From: Raillietiella orientalis
Lineage: Eukaryota
NCBI GenBank assembly: GCA_036172245.1
Contig: JAYWIR010000029.1
Span: 2,046,001-2,110,000, forward strand
Direction of reading: 5' to 3'
Length of the DNA: 64,000 nucleotides
Shown: in pieces, positions 35,843 through 49,600 of the stretch
Layout of the letters: every line of letters starts with the position of its first letter
Position numbering within the stretch: the stretch's first letter is position 1
Made by a program: the position numbers and the translations under genes
The notes under the pieces: model-generated
Databases searched by the model: none
Told to the model about the DNA's origin: nothing
Seen by the model: only the letters and a program-made list of their open reading frames with translations

Positions 35843-36989
35843 GTGGCCTGGCCAGTCTTAAAGAGCTTCACGAGCCTCCTGCCTTCCACCCCCCCGGAGG
35901 CGAACGATTCTTCAGCAAAGCAAAAAAAACGAAAAAACAAACCTAGGAGGAAAGCAGCGAGAGCAGAACCCAAGAATTTCTATCATCCATTCTTTTCTCA
36001 GCGTTTTATTACGATTACTTGTTTTATGAAGCAGTAGGGTTGCTCTGCTTCTTTTTGTTATTCTTGCAATGTTCATTGCGGCCATAACACAAAAGACATT
36101 TGTTTGGGGAGATTTTTTTTTTTTCTGTAGCAACGGATGATGAAACCAAGTGATCATCCCTCATGATCCGAAGGGTAATATCTTAAGAGACAACGTTGAG
36201 AAAACACGTAGATTTCCGAACTTGGTAACGGATCCTACCAATCTACTCTCTTGGCCTCAAGTTGGCAATGAGAAGACCCTAGGATGACTCAGATGTCTCC
36301 ACACGCAGACCGTCTGTCCTGTTCCTTCACACTTCATGGGTTCCGGCCATGAAACCATATGGAACCTTTTCACCCCTCAGCAATGACTGCCTTCATTTAT
36401 CGAAGCGTTCCGTGACAGACTTCTAGGAAGTCGGGAGCTCGCGGAGCGCCTTTCAGAACTCTTTAGTTGTGAGGATCCAGGAAGGAAGACGAAGACGAGC
36501 CGCTCTCGCTGCCGCCGAGAGACGCGGTTCCCAGCACGAGGAAAAGCGAATGCTGAGCGACTTGTGTCCTCCTCCCTTCCCTCCCTACGGGATGCATGGG
36601 AACCTTCGACCCCACTCGTAAACTTGCCGACTCTGAGCCCTTCATGAAGGTGCTAATCTTTGGCAGTACGAACCGGATTTACAGGGAGGGTCCAAACGCC
36701 ATCTCCGATGGAAATCCTCTGGAGAGACGGCAGGGAGAAACATGGCATCAGTGTCAGTTCAGCTCCAGCTCGCTACGACGGGAGCAAGGACCGCTGCCTC
36801 CACGATGAAGGAATCGTCAAAGGATTTGTCCCAGGGGATGAGGCGTTCTTGAGCTGACTCACTGCGTGTGGGAAGCGGAGAGGCTAAGGGACGTCCACGT
36901 GCTGCATGAGACGAGGTCAGTCCCTTTTCCATCTCCCCGAGCAATCGAGTTTCCTGGGGATCCAGCAAGAGGACGACCAGAGTTTTACG

Positions 36990-37026
36990 CCTCGAAGCCG
37001 TAAACCAGAAGTTTACGGCTTCGAGG
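36990..37026. repeat. Perfect inverted repeat (16-bp stem, 5-nt loop)
   Basis: CCTCGAAGCCGTAAAC-cagaa-GTTTACGGCTTCGAGG. Confidence 0.9.
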
Positions 37027-37154
37027 AGCTGAGGGAGCCACCTTCAGACACTTGAAGAACCTGCACACGCCCCGCCCATTCCACGGGTGGTTGCTGGATG
37101 CCCTTCTGGTCAAAAGGGTGCAGCAGTAGTACCAGGTTGAGACTTCCGCAAAAG

Positions 37155-37160
37155 TTTATT
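37155..37160 (-). terminator. Candidate polyadenylation signal of gene 2
   Basis: AATAAA on the minus strand about 340 nt after the stop codon. Confidence 0.35.
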
Positions 37161-37496
37161 TCGCTTTTCCAATCTGAAGACTACCTGGAGAACCGAAGGA
37201 ACTTTTTTCCCTTCCACCCTCAGAAAGGAGCAGCGAAAATCCCCAGCGAAAAGCGCATCATAAAATACATCATGGATCGAACGAAAGACTGGAGTAACCA
37301 GGATGCAGACAGATTCAGCACTCTTTCCGCATTCTTTCTATGCACTAAACGGTGAAGGACAGCGAGAGACGCGAACACAGCTGGATGACCCCAACACATG
37401 GGAGCATTCCTGGTTTTCGGTCCACGGCAGGGGATGTGTGGCACTTTTATCTACTGGGTTACTGGAAGATTTTCGGTGGGAAGAACTGGAGAGGTC

Positions 37497-37679
37497 TCAG
37501 AAGACATCGTAGGAATAGATCTGATTGTTGATCACTGCTGAGATCCACCCCGAAGTCACAGCCACTCTGTGGTAGATCCCCGGTTGCAGGTAGAGCCCGC
37601 AGCCAAATCCGGCCGAGATGATTCCCGCCAGATACCACCTATCGCCGTCTTTTACCACGAGAGGCCCTCCGGAATCTCC
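37497..37679 (-). CDS. Gene 2 last exon (catalytic Ser)
   Basis: ctcag/GDSGGPLVVKDGDRWYLAGIISAGFGCGLYLQPGIYHRVAVTSGWISAVINNQIYSYDVF*. Confidence 0.95.
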   Translation of the reverse strand, partial: GDSGGPLVVKDGDRWYLAGIISAGFGCGLYLQPGIYHRVAVTSGWISAVINNQIYSYDVF

Positions 37680-40600
37680 CTGAGGCACTCCCGCTATAGG
37701 GGGGCAAAGGTGCCGGAGGGTTCTCAACTCACCAGGCAGGCGTCCTTGCGGCCTTCGGCGAAACCCGCACACATCATCTCCTCGTGGAGCTCCAGCCGGA
37801 TGTTCTTCTGTTGGTGCCAGACGATGCACGCTTCGTTGCTCAAGATGGGCACCTCCACCTTCTGCAGCAGGTGCGTGCCGGTCCTCCCTTCAAGATGCGG
37901 AGGCGAGCGCTCGGCGGCCGGGAAAAGGTGAGTCTGCGGAACTCACCAAGCGAGTTGTCGGTCTTTCCCCAGCCTGCAACGACTCCGAAGAACCCGTTGT
38001 AGGACGCTCCCAAAGGAGGGAGACAGATGGGTGCGACGTTCGAGCGGTACTGCACGGGGTAAGACAGGTGAAGGATGGCCAGGTCGTACCGGTCGGGCTG
38101 CAGGGTCATGAACTGGAAATTCGGGTGGATGGTCTTCTCGATCACCCCGCGCACTTGGGATGGGAGGGGTTCGTAGAAGTAGCCGGTGTCCTTCACGTCG
38201 TACTCCCCCAGGTGAACCTCGATGTCTTCCATGTTAGCTCTGGAGAAGGGAAGGCAAGCAGCTGGTCACACCTTTCGCTCGAAGGGGGTGTGTGCACCTC
38301 CCGGGATCTTCCCCTCGATTCCGGTCGGTGATATGCTCGAAGGGCAAGAAATGGAGAAGGAGCAGAGGACTTCGCTAAAGCCACCGGAATGAAGATGCGC
38401 GCAAGAAAGGTAGCTGCGCCGCATCTCACAGGGATGCCACTCCTTCCTTTCGAGAGATGCGAAAACGAGACTGTGGGAACAGCCACAACCTTTGTCCTCC
38501 GTTGACCAGAGGATCCCTACAGCTGATCAGGAAGGGGGCTGAAAGGGTAGCAGGGAAAGATAGGGATGGAATGGAGTGTCGGGATGGCCGCAGGATCACA
38601 GCAGAGGATTAGATGGGTGTGCTGTACGTACACGGAGGCAATTGTCACGAGATCAGGCAGTCGGAAGAAGGTGAGCAAGGGCAGCTGGAAGCCATCCCTC
38701 AGACGGGTTCGGCTGACGAATGCGATTCAACGAGGGAACGATGCAACGTATTGCAACGTGCTGAGAATGCCACCGGTTCCTCCTCTGGAGGTGACTCTGA
38801 GGCTCTGGCAGCAGCCGGACCACGCTGAAAACACCTCCCCTCGTCTGATCGACGGAGTGAAGCAGTATCGGACCCGGTTAATAATTGGATGGGAGGCAAC
38901 TGCAAGTAGGGAATCTCAAACTGATGTCTCCGGAAGAGGGGAAGCTGGAGATCGCGCGAAGGAACGCAGAGACGGACTGTAAAGTCTAGGAGCATCCATT
39001 TCTTTCCAAACCGTCTAGAATGCGCCGGCAACTTTAGGATTGCCGATTCCCGCCTTAAGTCTCCATAGGACTGAAGAATAAGGTTGATACGTCAAGACGG
39101 GATCCGCTCCTTCTTTGACTGCGCTCGTCCCAGATCCCCAAATCAACAAGCGCTCCGGTTGAACACCTTTCTCTGGTAGGAGGCTCAGGACACCTTCCAA
39201 TGCAGGAAACAGAGGCACCTCGGTAGCATGCCGGGATCTCGAACTGCGTCTGAGAGGCTCCTTTTCTCGATGACACCTCTAGGGGCATCAGGAAGGCTTC
39301 GAAGGGATCTTCGAGGTAGAGGCGATCTCTGCCCACTTGTCCAACCGGAAACGAGGGGAAGCTTTCTCAGGGCTGCGCAAAGATCGGTGGACCTGTCAGG
39401 CAGGAAAACGCTCTGGACGACGAAAATGCGTGCGAGCAGGGCAGTGGTCCATGAAGAGATTGCTCAGTTCGGTGAGGGTGACGAGGAGGCTGAGGGTGGA
39501 AAAAAGGAAATGACATCTCGGCCTCTCTTGACTCGGCGACTAGGGGCCGACGAGACGTTTTAGACATGTTTACTGGAGGACCTAGTCGCTTCCCAACTTC
39601 AGATGAGGGGGATCTCCGGGGAAGCTTCCCTTCAGCTTCAAGTTCCTTGCTGTTCGCCGCTAGCGTGTGGACTTCCTCATTTTCGCTCTTCATGGAGATT
39701 TCTACCGGGGACGGAAATGCCTACCGAAATGGACTTTCTGGGTTGCTTTCGTGCAAGAACTGAGGCTGTGATAGGGGAAGTTGGAAAAAAAAAATTTCCT
39801 TCTCTTCCATACACAGGGGTCCTCTCCTCTCCCTCCCTTTCCCACGTCCTCCTTCCCTAAAGACCGGATATCGAACAGGGAGCTCCTTTCGTGAAACAGG
39901 GAAGAAGGGATCGAAAGACAGCAAGACAGCGACCTCCAACGGATTCTCGTTGGAAAGTTCTACAGCACTCCAAGACGACGGGGTGGGAGAGACTCCAGAA
40001 ACAGGGCTCACGTGACCCCTACCTGAAGATGCAATGAGCTGCTGTAGCCACGTGATACTCGGAGACGAGCACCCCACCGCACTGATAGTCGCTGATCCTC
40101 AAGTGGACCAGCCATGGGAACTCGGCGAAGTGGGCTGCCTTCCCTCCGATAACTCGTTTCTGGAGGAATGTTGGCTGCAGTCCACACTCTTCCAAGGGAC
40201 GTTCAGAGCCCTACTGTGATGCGAGGTGACTTACGTATGGAATTGTAGATAGGGAGGTAACCGATGCCATTGGTCGGAATGAAGGGGGGTAGGGAGGCAA
40301 ACGGCGTGCTCTGACGCAACTGCGCCCGGATAGGCACGTTGGCTCGGTTGCCCATCTTGGGAGGAGCGCAGCAGGTGTACAGCCTGTTGATGCTGCAGCT
40401 TCCGATGTTGATTCCTCCTGAAGACCAACATCTCCAGGTGGTGGTACAGTCAAAGACCAATCCTTCGTGAGTACACTTGCTGTTTATCCCGAGAAGACTC
40501 TGGATGATTCCCCTTTTCGCTGGTGGAGAAACAGACAGAAATATCAAACCTCGGAGGTTCAAAGCGACGGAGCAGGGATAAGGAAATGCAAGCAAGCGGG

Positions 40601-43600
40601 AGCGAGAAGGAGCCTGCAGAAAGACAAAACGGTGCATTATCAAAGCAGAGGTGACCGAGGGAAGAACGGTGGCGGTGAGAAACACTCATTTCTACTAGAC
40701 AGACGGCTCATCCTAGAGAGTTCCTGAATTTTCCTCTGCAGAGACTGCAGACTGACTCGGGGACGAACGAGTTCCCAGCCAGTAAGAAGTTTAGAGCACA
40801 GGAAAGGAGAGAATGCTGCACCGATCGATAGAAGAAGTGATGCTGCTGCTTTGGGGCTGAAGGGTTATCAAGGGTCAGTAAGAGCAGATGAAGATGCCGT
40901 AGGCTGCACATGAGTCCTGCTTATTGTTCTTCCGGCGGAAATCTTGACTAGTGGTTTCTCTTACATGTGGCTCTACTGAGCTGCAGAGCCAAGAAGAATG
41001 GAGAAGCAAAGCTAGACGAAGAAGGGAAAGGAAAGAAAAAAAAAAACGGTAAGGAAAGCCTTTCAGGTCACTTGAAACTGTAGCCGAAGAATGGGGAAAA
41101 CCCGAGAGACAGAAAGCAAGACTTTGAGAGAAGGATCAAAAAACAAAAACGAGTAGTAGCTGAGTCTCTTCATGGAAGAGCGCCAAGCCCTTTCTACAAT
41201 CCTTACTTCAAGCCATAAATTCTTTTTCTTTCTTTTGTTCTTGCATACCATGTTCTCTCTTGCACTTCGTCTTTTATTTCGATCTTTCAAATGTTGGTCA
41301 AGAATGAACCTTCTCGAGTTTTATGATGGACCATCTAAGAAATTCGGTTTTAAAATGACCTTTCCATTCTAGCAATGGAAAATCATTCTACTCCTTATCG
41401 TTCGCTGTAAGTCCTCCCAAACAAAAAAACGATCGAACTCTCATTCAGTCTCGATGAAGTCCTCATTTAAGGTCTCATGTGCAATTCCTATGCAAATTTA
41501 TGGATAAATTCGAATCAGCAATATTTTTTTTTTTTTATATCCACCAATCAAGGATGGAACCGATGCTATCGCTTCTGACTTCCGTAACTTCAGATGCATC
41601 TTTCCAAACATTAAGATGGACAAGAAAGACATCCTGTAAATTCCTATCCATAAGCATCAGCTACAAAGATTCTGAGTTCACGGACTCGGAAGCTTGAACT
41701 TTTCTTTTCCAAATCTTCCTTCCGATCTTTTCGAATCACCCAAACGATCACTCTGATCTTAGCCAAAAGCGAATGTGCTAGAAAGCGCACTTTAGAAACC
41801 GTGTACTCGCTTGGTGCTGGACCTTAGTAAGTTATCTGAAGCACACCCACGTGCTTTCCTATTCCCTAATTACGGATCATTCCCACCTCCTGAGATTCCT
41901 CAAAAGCACAACTCCTTTTCCTCCCGGCTTGACGAAAGCGAGTCGTCCTGCTTGCAGGACAGAGTAAAAGAAAACTGAAGGATTCCATTGATCCTTCAGT
42001 TCTCTGTTCCTCCACTTTTCCCTTATCAGTTCCTAGGATTCCATTCGTTGTTTCTTTTATGACCATTTCCTTTTGCCCTGTTCTGAAGTATCTGCGAGGA
42101 TTCTGGCACGAGGCAGCACGCTGTCCTCATCGCAGCCATCATCTTTCTCTGCATTCCCAGTTCTCCATTAGTATTACGGAGAAACACCCGTACATCTACA
42201 ATTTTGTGGGAATGGAACTGTCACTGTCACCATCTCTTTTGCGATCCTCCTCCCCCTTTCTTTTTCTCAAGGAGGGAATTTTCGCACCAGAAAAACGCAG
42301 CTGAGGTCCAAAATGAGATTCACGCGTATGAACGCTGAGCTCACTGTGTAGGATGCTCGCAAGAGTTATCCCGACAGAAAGAGCTGCACCGAAATGAGGC
42401 AGGCACGCAAACACTGTTCTTCTTTCCATGTACGAGTAGCAACAGGAGAGAAGCTGCGTGAAGAACGACAACCGGAAATCACATCCTGCATCAACGTTGC
42501 TGATGCGGAAGAGGTCGCTGGCAGTGATCACGCGCTAGTAATGCCGCGAGTGAGGCATCAAAGGCTGGAAAAGTATGCGGGTGGACCAAAAAGGCGGAAA
42601 GACCTACACACGCGAAAGCAGAGAGTTCCGAAAGGAAGCAGACCAGAAAGAAGCTGACCTGTAAAAGGGTTGACTTGGAAGAGTGCTTGGAAGTGGTATG
42701 ACACTGCTGACTCTCGCCATGTCTTGAGATCGATTGCAAAGAGGACAGACGGCTCGGGCACGTGAGAGACAGTGCTGGAACTGAACGTGTCCACGCGAAG
42801 GATGCCACCGGAGGAAAGGGCGCTCGCTGTTTTGTTTAGGACACATCAATTCTCCATGGCAGAGGTGAGCGAAAGTTAAGGTGCACTTCTCACAGGGAAT
42901 CGGTGAGCAAAATGAACTTCAAGAGAAGAATCAAATCGCTCTTATCAAGAATTAATGGAGGGTTATTCCGCGAGCGGAAAGTGGCCCCAGGTGAAAGGTC
43001 ATCCTCAATTAGGGTAAAACAAAACAAAAACAAAGCAGAAGAAGAAAGAAAAAAAAAAGAAAAAGATTTCCCCAGATGCGCCCATCTGGACTGAAGGCGG
43101 ACATTTCTAACCTGGAGCGGTCTGCGAATTCTCTCTCTCGAAAGCTCGGGAGACCGCAACATGGGAGCCCCGCAACCTCGAAGATACAGAAACTTGCCGT
43201 GGTCACACACTGAGCAAACGCTTCGTTCGTTACAAAAACAAAAACTCATCTACTACCGGTATGGGAGAGCTCTTCCGTTTGGTGTCTTGAGGTCATGTTT
43301 GCGTGAGCTCGGGGTCCATGAAGGTGAAGATGGCTGACCATATGCGTCAACACATGGTATCCTGATCCACTTGGGTCCCTTTACGATAGCCCTGACAAGA
43401 ATACGGATGATGCCAGTTTACGCAGAACACCTCGAGATCAAAAGAAAAGCGCTCCCGTCGGATTCTCCTTCCCTTTAAAGATCCTTATATCCTATTGCAA
43501 AACTGATGCCTTTATCCCTTCCTTTTCCCAGGAGAGATGAGTTTGACTTTTTTTTTTTTTGCTTTATTCCAGGATACAGAGCAGGAGGACGTTGACCTCT

Positions 43601-46600
43601 CTTTTTTAGAATTGTCATCTTGGCAGGAACTGACTTATTGCATCTTGCCGTTACGAACAAACAGTATCTGCTGCTGCAGTTTCCTTCATCTCGTGTCTGG
43701 ATCTTTTCCTTTTCTCGTTACCCTTGATTTCCTGCTTGAATCTGGACCAAGTAGCTGTAGCAAGGTTCTTTCTGAGAAGCGGTTTCGAGATCTCGTTTCA
43801 GCAGCCATTGCTTTCTGGTCTTAGCGTGCTGTCGGTACCGTGAAATGAACTTCCTGAATCCTTCAATGTAACTTCGGATCCATCGCTTCCCGTGGCGTTA
43901 TGCAGGAGGGATATCCGACAGAGAGAGAGAGAAAGGAACGGAACAAAAGGGAGGAGGCGAATGCTGTTCTCTTATCGCGATGGCACCTGCATCGCGAAGA
44001 CACGTCCGCTTCTCGGTTCTGAGGGGGCTGTCCAATGGCATCCTTGATTCCTATTTCGCCTGTCGAAAATCTGCCAGCATTCTCGTCAGCCACCTTCCGA
44101 TTTCTTCGACTCCCATCCAAGTATCAGCAGCTTTGCCTTGCCAGCACGTGAACCTCTTTGCGATGATTTTTGGATGCTAAGTGCATCATTTTCCGGGGAA
44201 GGAAGGAGGAACGTTTCCTACGATTTTCTATCTCCTTCTCCCCTTCAAATCGACGAACCTTGCAATGCCTGAGACAGGTGCTGGTCCAGTCAACTCCAGA
44301 GTTCACCGGGGGGTCTAAGGGTGAGCGATGAGTTCTTGCGTAATGCTCCTCAATTTTATCGAATCTCGGAGTTTCCAGAGTCAGCCTCCGCAGATGAACC
44401 AAAGCGCCGACGGGCATCCGACCGATATGCTGCCATCTCTGGCCTTCTCCTTCCTCCCTTTTTCCAGGCAGAGGCCTCAGATAAACACCTCAGCTGCGAG
44501 CTGCATCGAGAATTCACGTCACACAGTGTGCACCAAGGGCGATGCGCTGCCTCGCAGTAGTGGTCACAGATAGCTTGAGGTTCTTTCTGACCCTGCGCGG
44601 GATCCAACGCAACAATCTCAACGAGGATGCTTGGGAGCCGGAAGCAAAGCCCAAAAGATCCTGAGTGCTTTAAGTCCACTTCTCTTGAATTTGATTCTCG
44701 TATCCCTGATACTCTCTCTCCTTCTTTCCCCTTCCTTTCACTCTCCGAGAGAAGCCACCTCAAGAACAAAACAAAACAAAAAGTCAAACAACGAAGCGCA
44801 ATTTGAGAGCCAAGAAGAAGACAAGGGAGGACCACTGTCGCGCACTTTCAGGGACTTCCGAGCTGATGTCAAGGGCGAGTCTCCATCCGCACACCATTTC
44901 TCGTGCTTCCTGGAAAGACCAAGCCCCTGGTTTTGAGGACGGACGAAAATGGTCCTCGGTTTCCGGAGAACAGGCGCACCAGCAAACACATCCTCACCAG
45001 CGGAGGGTACGCTGCTGCTGCTGGCAGTCAAGCAGCCCGCCATGCGAGGATGTGCGAAAGGGTTACCAACGTGCAGTTTTCGATCTCAACATTGCGACGT
45101 GACTAATCGACTCCGGACAAGAACATTAGGGGTAGCGCAAGGGAGCACTTGCATCTGCGCGGATGTGCACGAGTCGGAGTTCAGGTTCAAAATGGCGTCG
45201 CAGTCAAGTAGTACGGAATGCAGTGGCATCAACAGAAGGCAGCTAAGAAGAAAACCATGATGGAGGGGGGGCAGGGAGCGAGTGGTGGCAAGCAGATGCC
45301 AAACGATCTGTGCAAAAGAAGAAAGAGGTACACCCAAAAATAGAGCGGACGGAAATGGACGTGGCCACGGAGGTGGGCAGCAGCTCATGCTCGCCTCGGA
45401 TACTCAGGCGCGCCTCGCCACGCTGTGGAGAAATCAGGAGAGAGGGGAAAGACGGAAACGGAACAACTTCCCACCTTCGAAACTTGACTTCGAGATCCAG
45501 ATGGGCTCTCACCGGCCAACGGTCTCGTCTTTCACTTCACAAGGGTGGCGAGCAAGTTTGCGTGCGAAGAAAGCTCGGAAGCACAGCGCAGCATCACCAC
45601 CAGGTTTACAGAGCACGACTGGCGCTCAGCGCCTTCCCATTCTCACGGAAACGGGCCAAAAAGACACGTAAACACATACGGAAGAAGCGATTTCTTTTCA
45701 TTATCGCTGCACGGACCCTCCAAAAACTTACGGGACTCCACGGAAGCAGAACACGTCGGGGGAAAGAGGCACTGTGTGGGTTTCCCCTTTTACTTCTCCA
45801 GAATCCTGAACGCGCGCGTGAATCAGAATCAACCAGAGATGCCTGCAAGCCTTCCCTCCAGCGCCTTTCCGTCCTCTGCGCAAAGCGCCCCCGCATGCAG
45901 TTCGGCTCGGTCGCCATCTTCCCCCCGAGCACACATTCAAAAGGTGCATTCGCCTTCTGTGGAGGACATCTCCTGACCTGAAGGGACCGGGCTGCGTTCT
46001 CCTCCGAATCTGTCCGGCAGAGCACGCGCGATGCTGCGCCTTGGCGCCACAGTAAAAGACAGCTTACCTCGTTCATTCGATGCCAGAGTTTTCTCAACGC
46101 AACAGATCGCCACTGCCAAAATGATTACGAGCCCCCGTGAGGAAATTAACATATTCCAGTAACATGGGCGCCGTGCTGCACGGAAATAGAGGGGGCAAAA
46201 AAAAAAAAAAAAGAATTAATTTCGTCAAACTTGAAAATTCAAAGGCAACCACCACCACCACCACCACCACAACAGTACAACAATAACAAACGGCATTTTT
46301 TTTTTTTCTTTCTGTCTCTTTTACGTTCTGTTTCTTTCTCTCTGCTCCCCCCCCCCCTCTTTGGCAATGGTTTAACGCAAAGACAGGGACCCACACAGCG
46401 CGAGGTTGCGTCTTCCACTCTTATTCGGGAGATGCTCACCACCACATGCACAAGGCACGCACACACGTGTGCGTGCCACGCGTACACATCGGACGGAACA
46501 CAATCAGGGAACTGGGAGGAGGAGGAGGAGGAGGAGGAGGAGGAGGGGGGAGAGGAGGAGGAGGAGGAGGAGGCGGAAAAAAACTCTGGTGGCGAACGAC

Positions 46601-49600
46601 TCCGCGGCCAGGTTCGGCACGTTCACAGAGCAGATTTGCGTCGCCTGGGATACCTGCACCATTCGAAAGGCGAACGAAAGTGACAGCGGCCTCCCCTCCC
46701 CTTTCGAAAGTCATGTGATCGGCCTCGGATAGCAACGGCCGGCTGGGTTGCTTGCAAGCCGCTTCGCCTTTTCGGGGACGTTCGATCTGCCACCTGGGTG
46801 ACGGGCAGTCAGTCAGAAGGACGGATCCCCCCCTCCTCTCCCCCCTTCCCGATCTGCTCTTTGCGCCTCTAATGACCCTCTCAGGAATGTTTACAATGGG
46901 ATTTCCTCTGGGGTCGGAGTCTGGAGGCGCTCCTCCGCGGAAAGAGCAAGGAAGGGACGGGTCGTTGAGCATGCCCCCGTCTGGCTCCGCCCTCGCATAC
47001 GCCCGCATGCCCCGCTGCGGCTTGACAATGATGGGGTGAAACCGCTCCAGGGTTTGACTCTTCGCTCGTTCGCGGGGAGGAAGGGAGGGGGGGAGGGTTT
47101 AGGCTGACGCGGTGACCTTAGGAGGGAAGGGTCACCCGCCCGACGTGTAGGATGCATTCGATTCGGAAGAACACACACGCTCTTCTGGATGGCGCGCGCT
47201 CCGCCTCCTTGAGAAGACCACGGAAGGACGCGAGGATTCCTGCCTTCCTTCATCCAAGGGTCTTCCGGACGTCCATCTGTTTTGGAAGGGTCGCAAGACA
47301 TTCCCGAAACTGGACAACGTCCTGCAGTGACCCCCACACGCCCCGAGGTGGCCTGGTGGCAAGGAAGGCCGACATCACCGTCCGGCTCCCGGGAGGCGGA
47401 GGACGAGAGACTGAGGAAGACCCGGACGGCAGCAACCCGTGGAGGCAACGAAGAGCGCATCCGTCATGTGCGAGAGACTCTTCTGCGGTCCGCGCCTCCC
47501 CCGAGGATCGAACGGGCAGCTCGTCACCATCGGAGGGACTGCTTCGTTCTTCTCCACTTCTCCGCTTCCGCGTCTCCTCGCAACGGCCAAGGTCTCTCTC
47601 AACCCTCCTCCACCGAATGCCCTCAGAGCGCAACGCCCTGAAGCGAACGAGGGGTTCTCCCGGTGCTCTCAGCTTCTTTCTCTGAAGAAACAGTCTTTGG
47701 AAGAGTCTCCTTCAGAAGATTGACCTTGACCTTCCAGTGACCCAATTCTCCCAGCGGAGAACTCGATCGCTGCGGAAGGGTTCAGCGAATGCGGAAGAGG
47801 AAACCTCCAGGAGTTCGGAGCCCGTGTCCAAACCGCTTGACAGCTTGTCCTGGCGGAGATCCTTCCCCAAGAACCGTGGCAGGAAGAGGAAAGGAGGAGG
47901 AGGAAGAAGTCTGCATCCTCTGCTTGCCTGACCATCAGAGGCCCACTTTTCAGAGAGGTCTCGATCCCACGGTCGTGATGGACTCCTGTGAAGCCGAAAT
48001 TCTTGGGAAGTGAACATGGAGGGCGCTGGAAGCCTTCGCTTCCAGCGCTGCATCCTGCCGAAGATGCTCAGTGGAGCCTCTTCCGGGCTCTCCGTTCTCT
48101 GCTCGAGAGCTTCCACCCTTTTTACTGCTTCCGTTTGAATCCGGGGAGACGGCCCTCCGATGGCTTCCTCCCCATCCTGTGCGCCCTTCTACCCTGACAT
48201 ATCCTTATCGTGTCCAGGAAGCAAGGAAGTCCTCCTGATGGCACCCTGAGAGTGTTGGCTCTCAGTAGTTCGATCTGGTGCAGATGGTTCTCTATTTCTG
48301 CTTCCTAGTTCGTCCGCAGCCTCGATCCCTCGGATGCCGTGGGGATGCCTCACTCTACCCGGGCGGGGTGGGAGAGGACCGAAAGGAAAGGGGGAAAGTT
48401 AGGAGAGGAGGCTACATGACTCTTGCATGATCGCAGCGAAGCTGCCCAAAGAGCAAGGGGGTACTGAGTGAATGACCCCTTCTATCACTCCCATCAGTGG
48501 ATGGGGGTGGAAAAAAGGGGGAAAACAGGGTTCCACATCTCACATCTGCGCCCACTCACGAGGAAAGGCCCTTACAAGATTCCCTGGCTCCGGTGGCGAT
48601 GTTCCCGGGAGGGGACAGGGGGCGTCTTCCTTTTCTGAAAGTTTCCAGTTTGCAAGCGAATCCCGGTCGAAGTCAGCCCTGATTTGTGGAACCGTGAAGG
48701 CCTTGCGAGCTTCGAGGAAGATACGAAGATGCTTTGTAAGCGGAAGATAGGGAGAGGAAGGGAAGAAGGAAGGCTTCGAGGTGGTAGCCGAGATATGGGA
48801 AGATGCACAGCTTCCAGATGCTGCTTTCGAGACTAGCGTAAGGGAAGTTCATGGTGGTTCGCAATCCACCTGGAGATTTGAAGATTGGAGGCCTCCTGTC
48901 CTAGAGTCTTTACCCCGAAGCTTTCCTTTACGTTGCTTTTCTTTGACCCTTGGGATGGGCACGAACCCCGCCACGAAAGGGAGTGAGGACCGATGTTTCC
49001 AGCATGCTTCTGGCGACAAGAGACAACAGGGAATCCATCTGCAGAATCGGAGAGAATTCTCGCCCGGGAAAACGGGCATGGGCTCTGAGCGACTCAAGTA
49101 CGATCAGGGTTCCCACGGCGACTTCTCCGGCCGGAGGACAGCGAGAAGCAGGGAGGTATCTAGCCCCCATGAAGCGGAGAGACTGGCTATCCTGCCAGCT
49201 CGCCTCTGTTAGTTGAGACAGCAGTAAAGGTTGGTAATTAGCGGAAGCGTCTCATCGATGTCATGATGATGGTGAAGGTGTTCTACAAGACTGAATCTTC
49301 TCTAGATACCAACGCAGTGAGCGGAAAAGATGGTGACAAAAAAAAAAAACCTCTTGTGATTCATCGTAGCTTTCTTGCTCCACCTGAGCCCGTCATTAGC
49401 TCTTCCGTGAGACTGATCAAGAAAAAAAGGGAAAAAAGCAGGCGCCTGTGACAACTGGGACTGATACGGAAGATCGATAAACTTTCGTCTGTCTAGCACA
49501 ACAGAACTTCAACAAATCGACTCTTTTCAGACTAACGAATCTCTCTGGGAATCCCATCAGGCTGCTATCCCACCCCATCTTTTCAATTTGTGGGTTTCGA

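Noticed and set aside
42020..42033. Partial complement to miR-184 (CCCTTATCAGTTC)
   Set aside because: The match excludes the seed and there is no precursor hairpin
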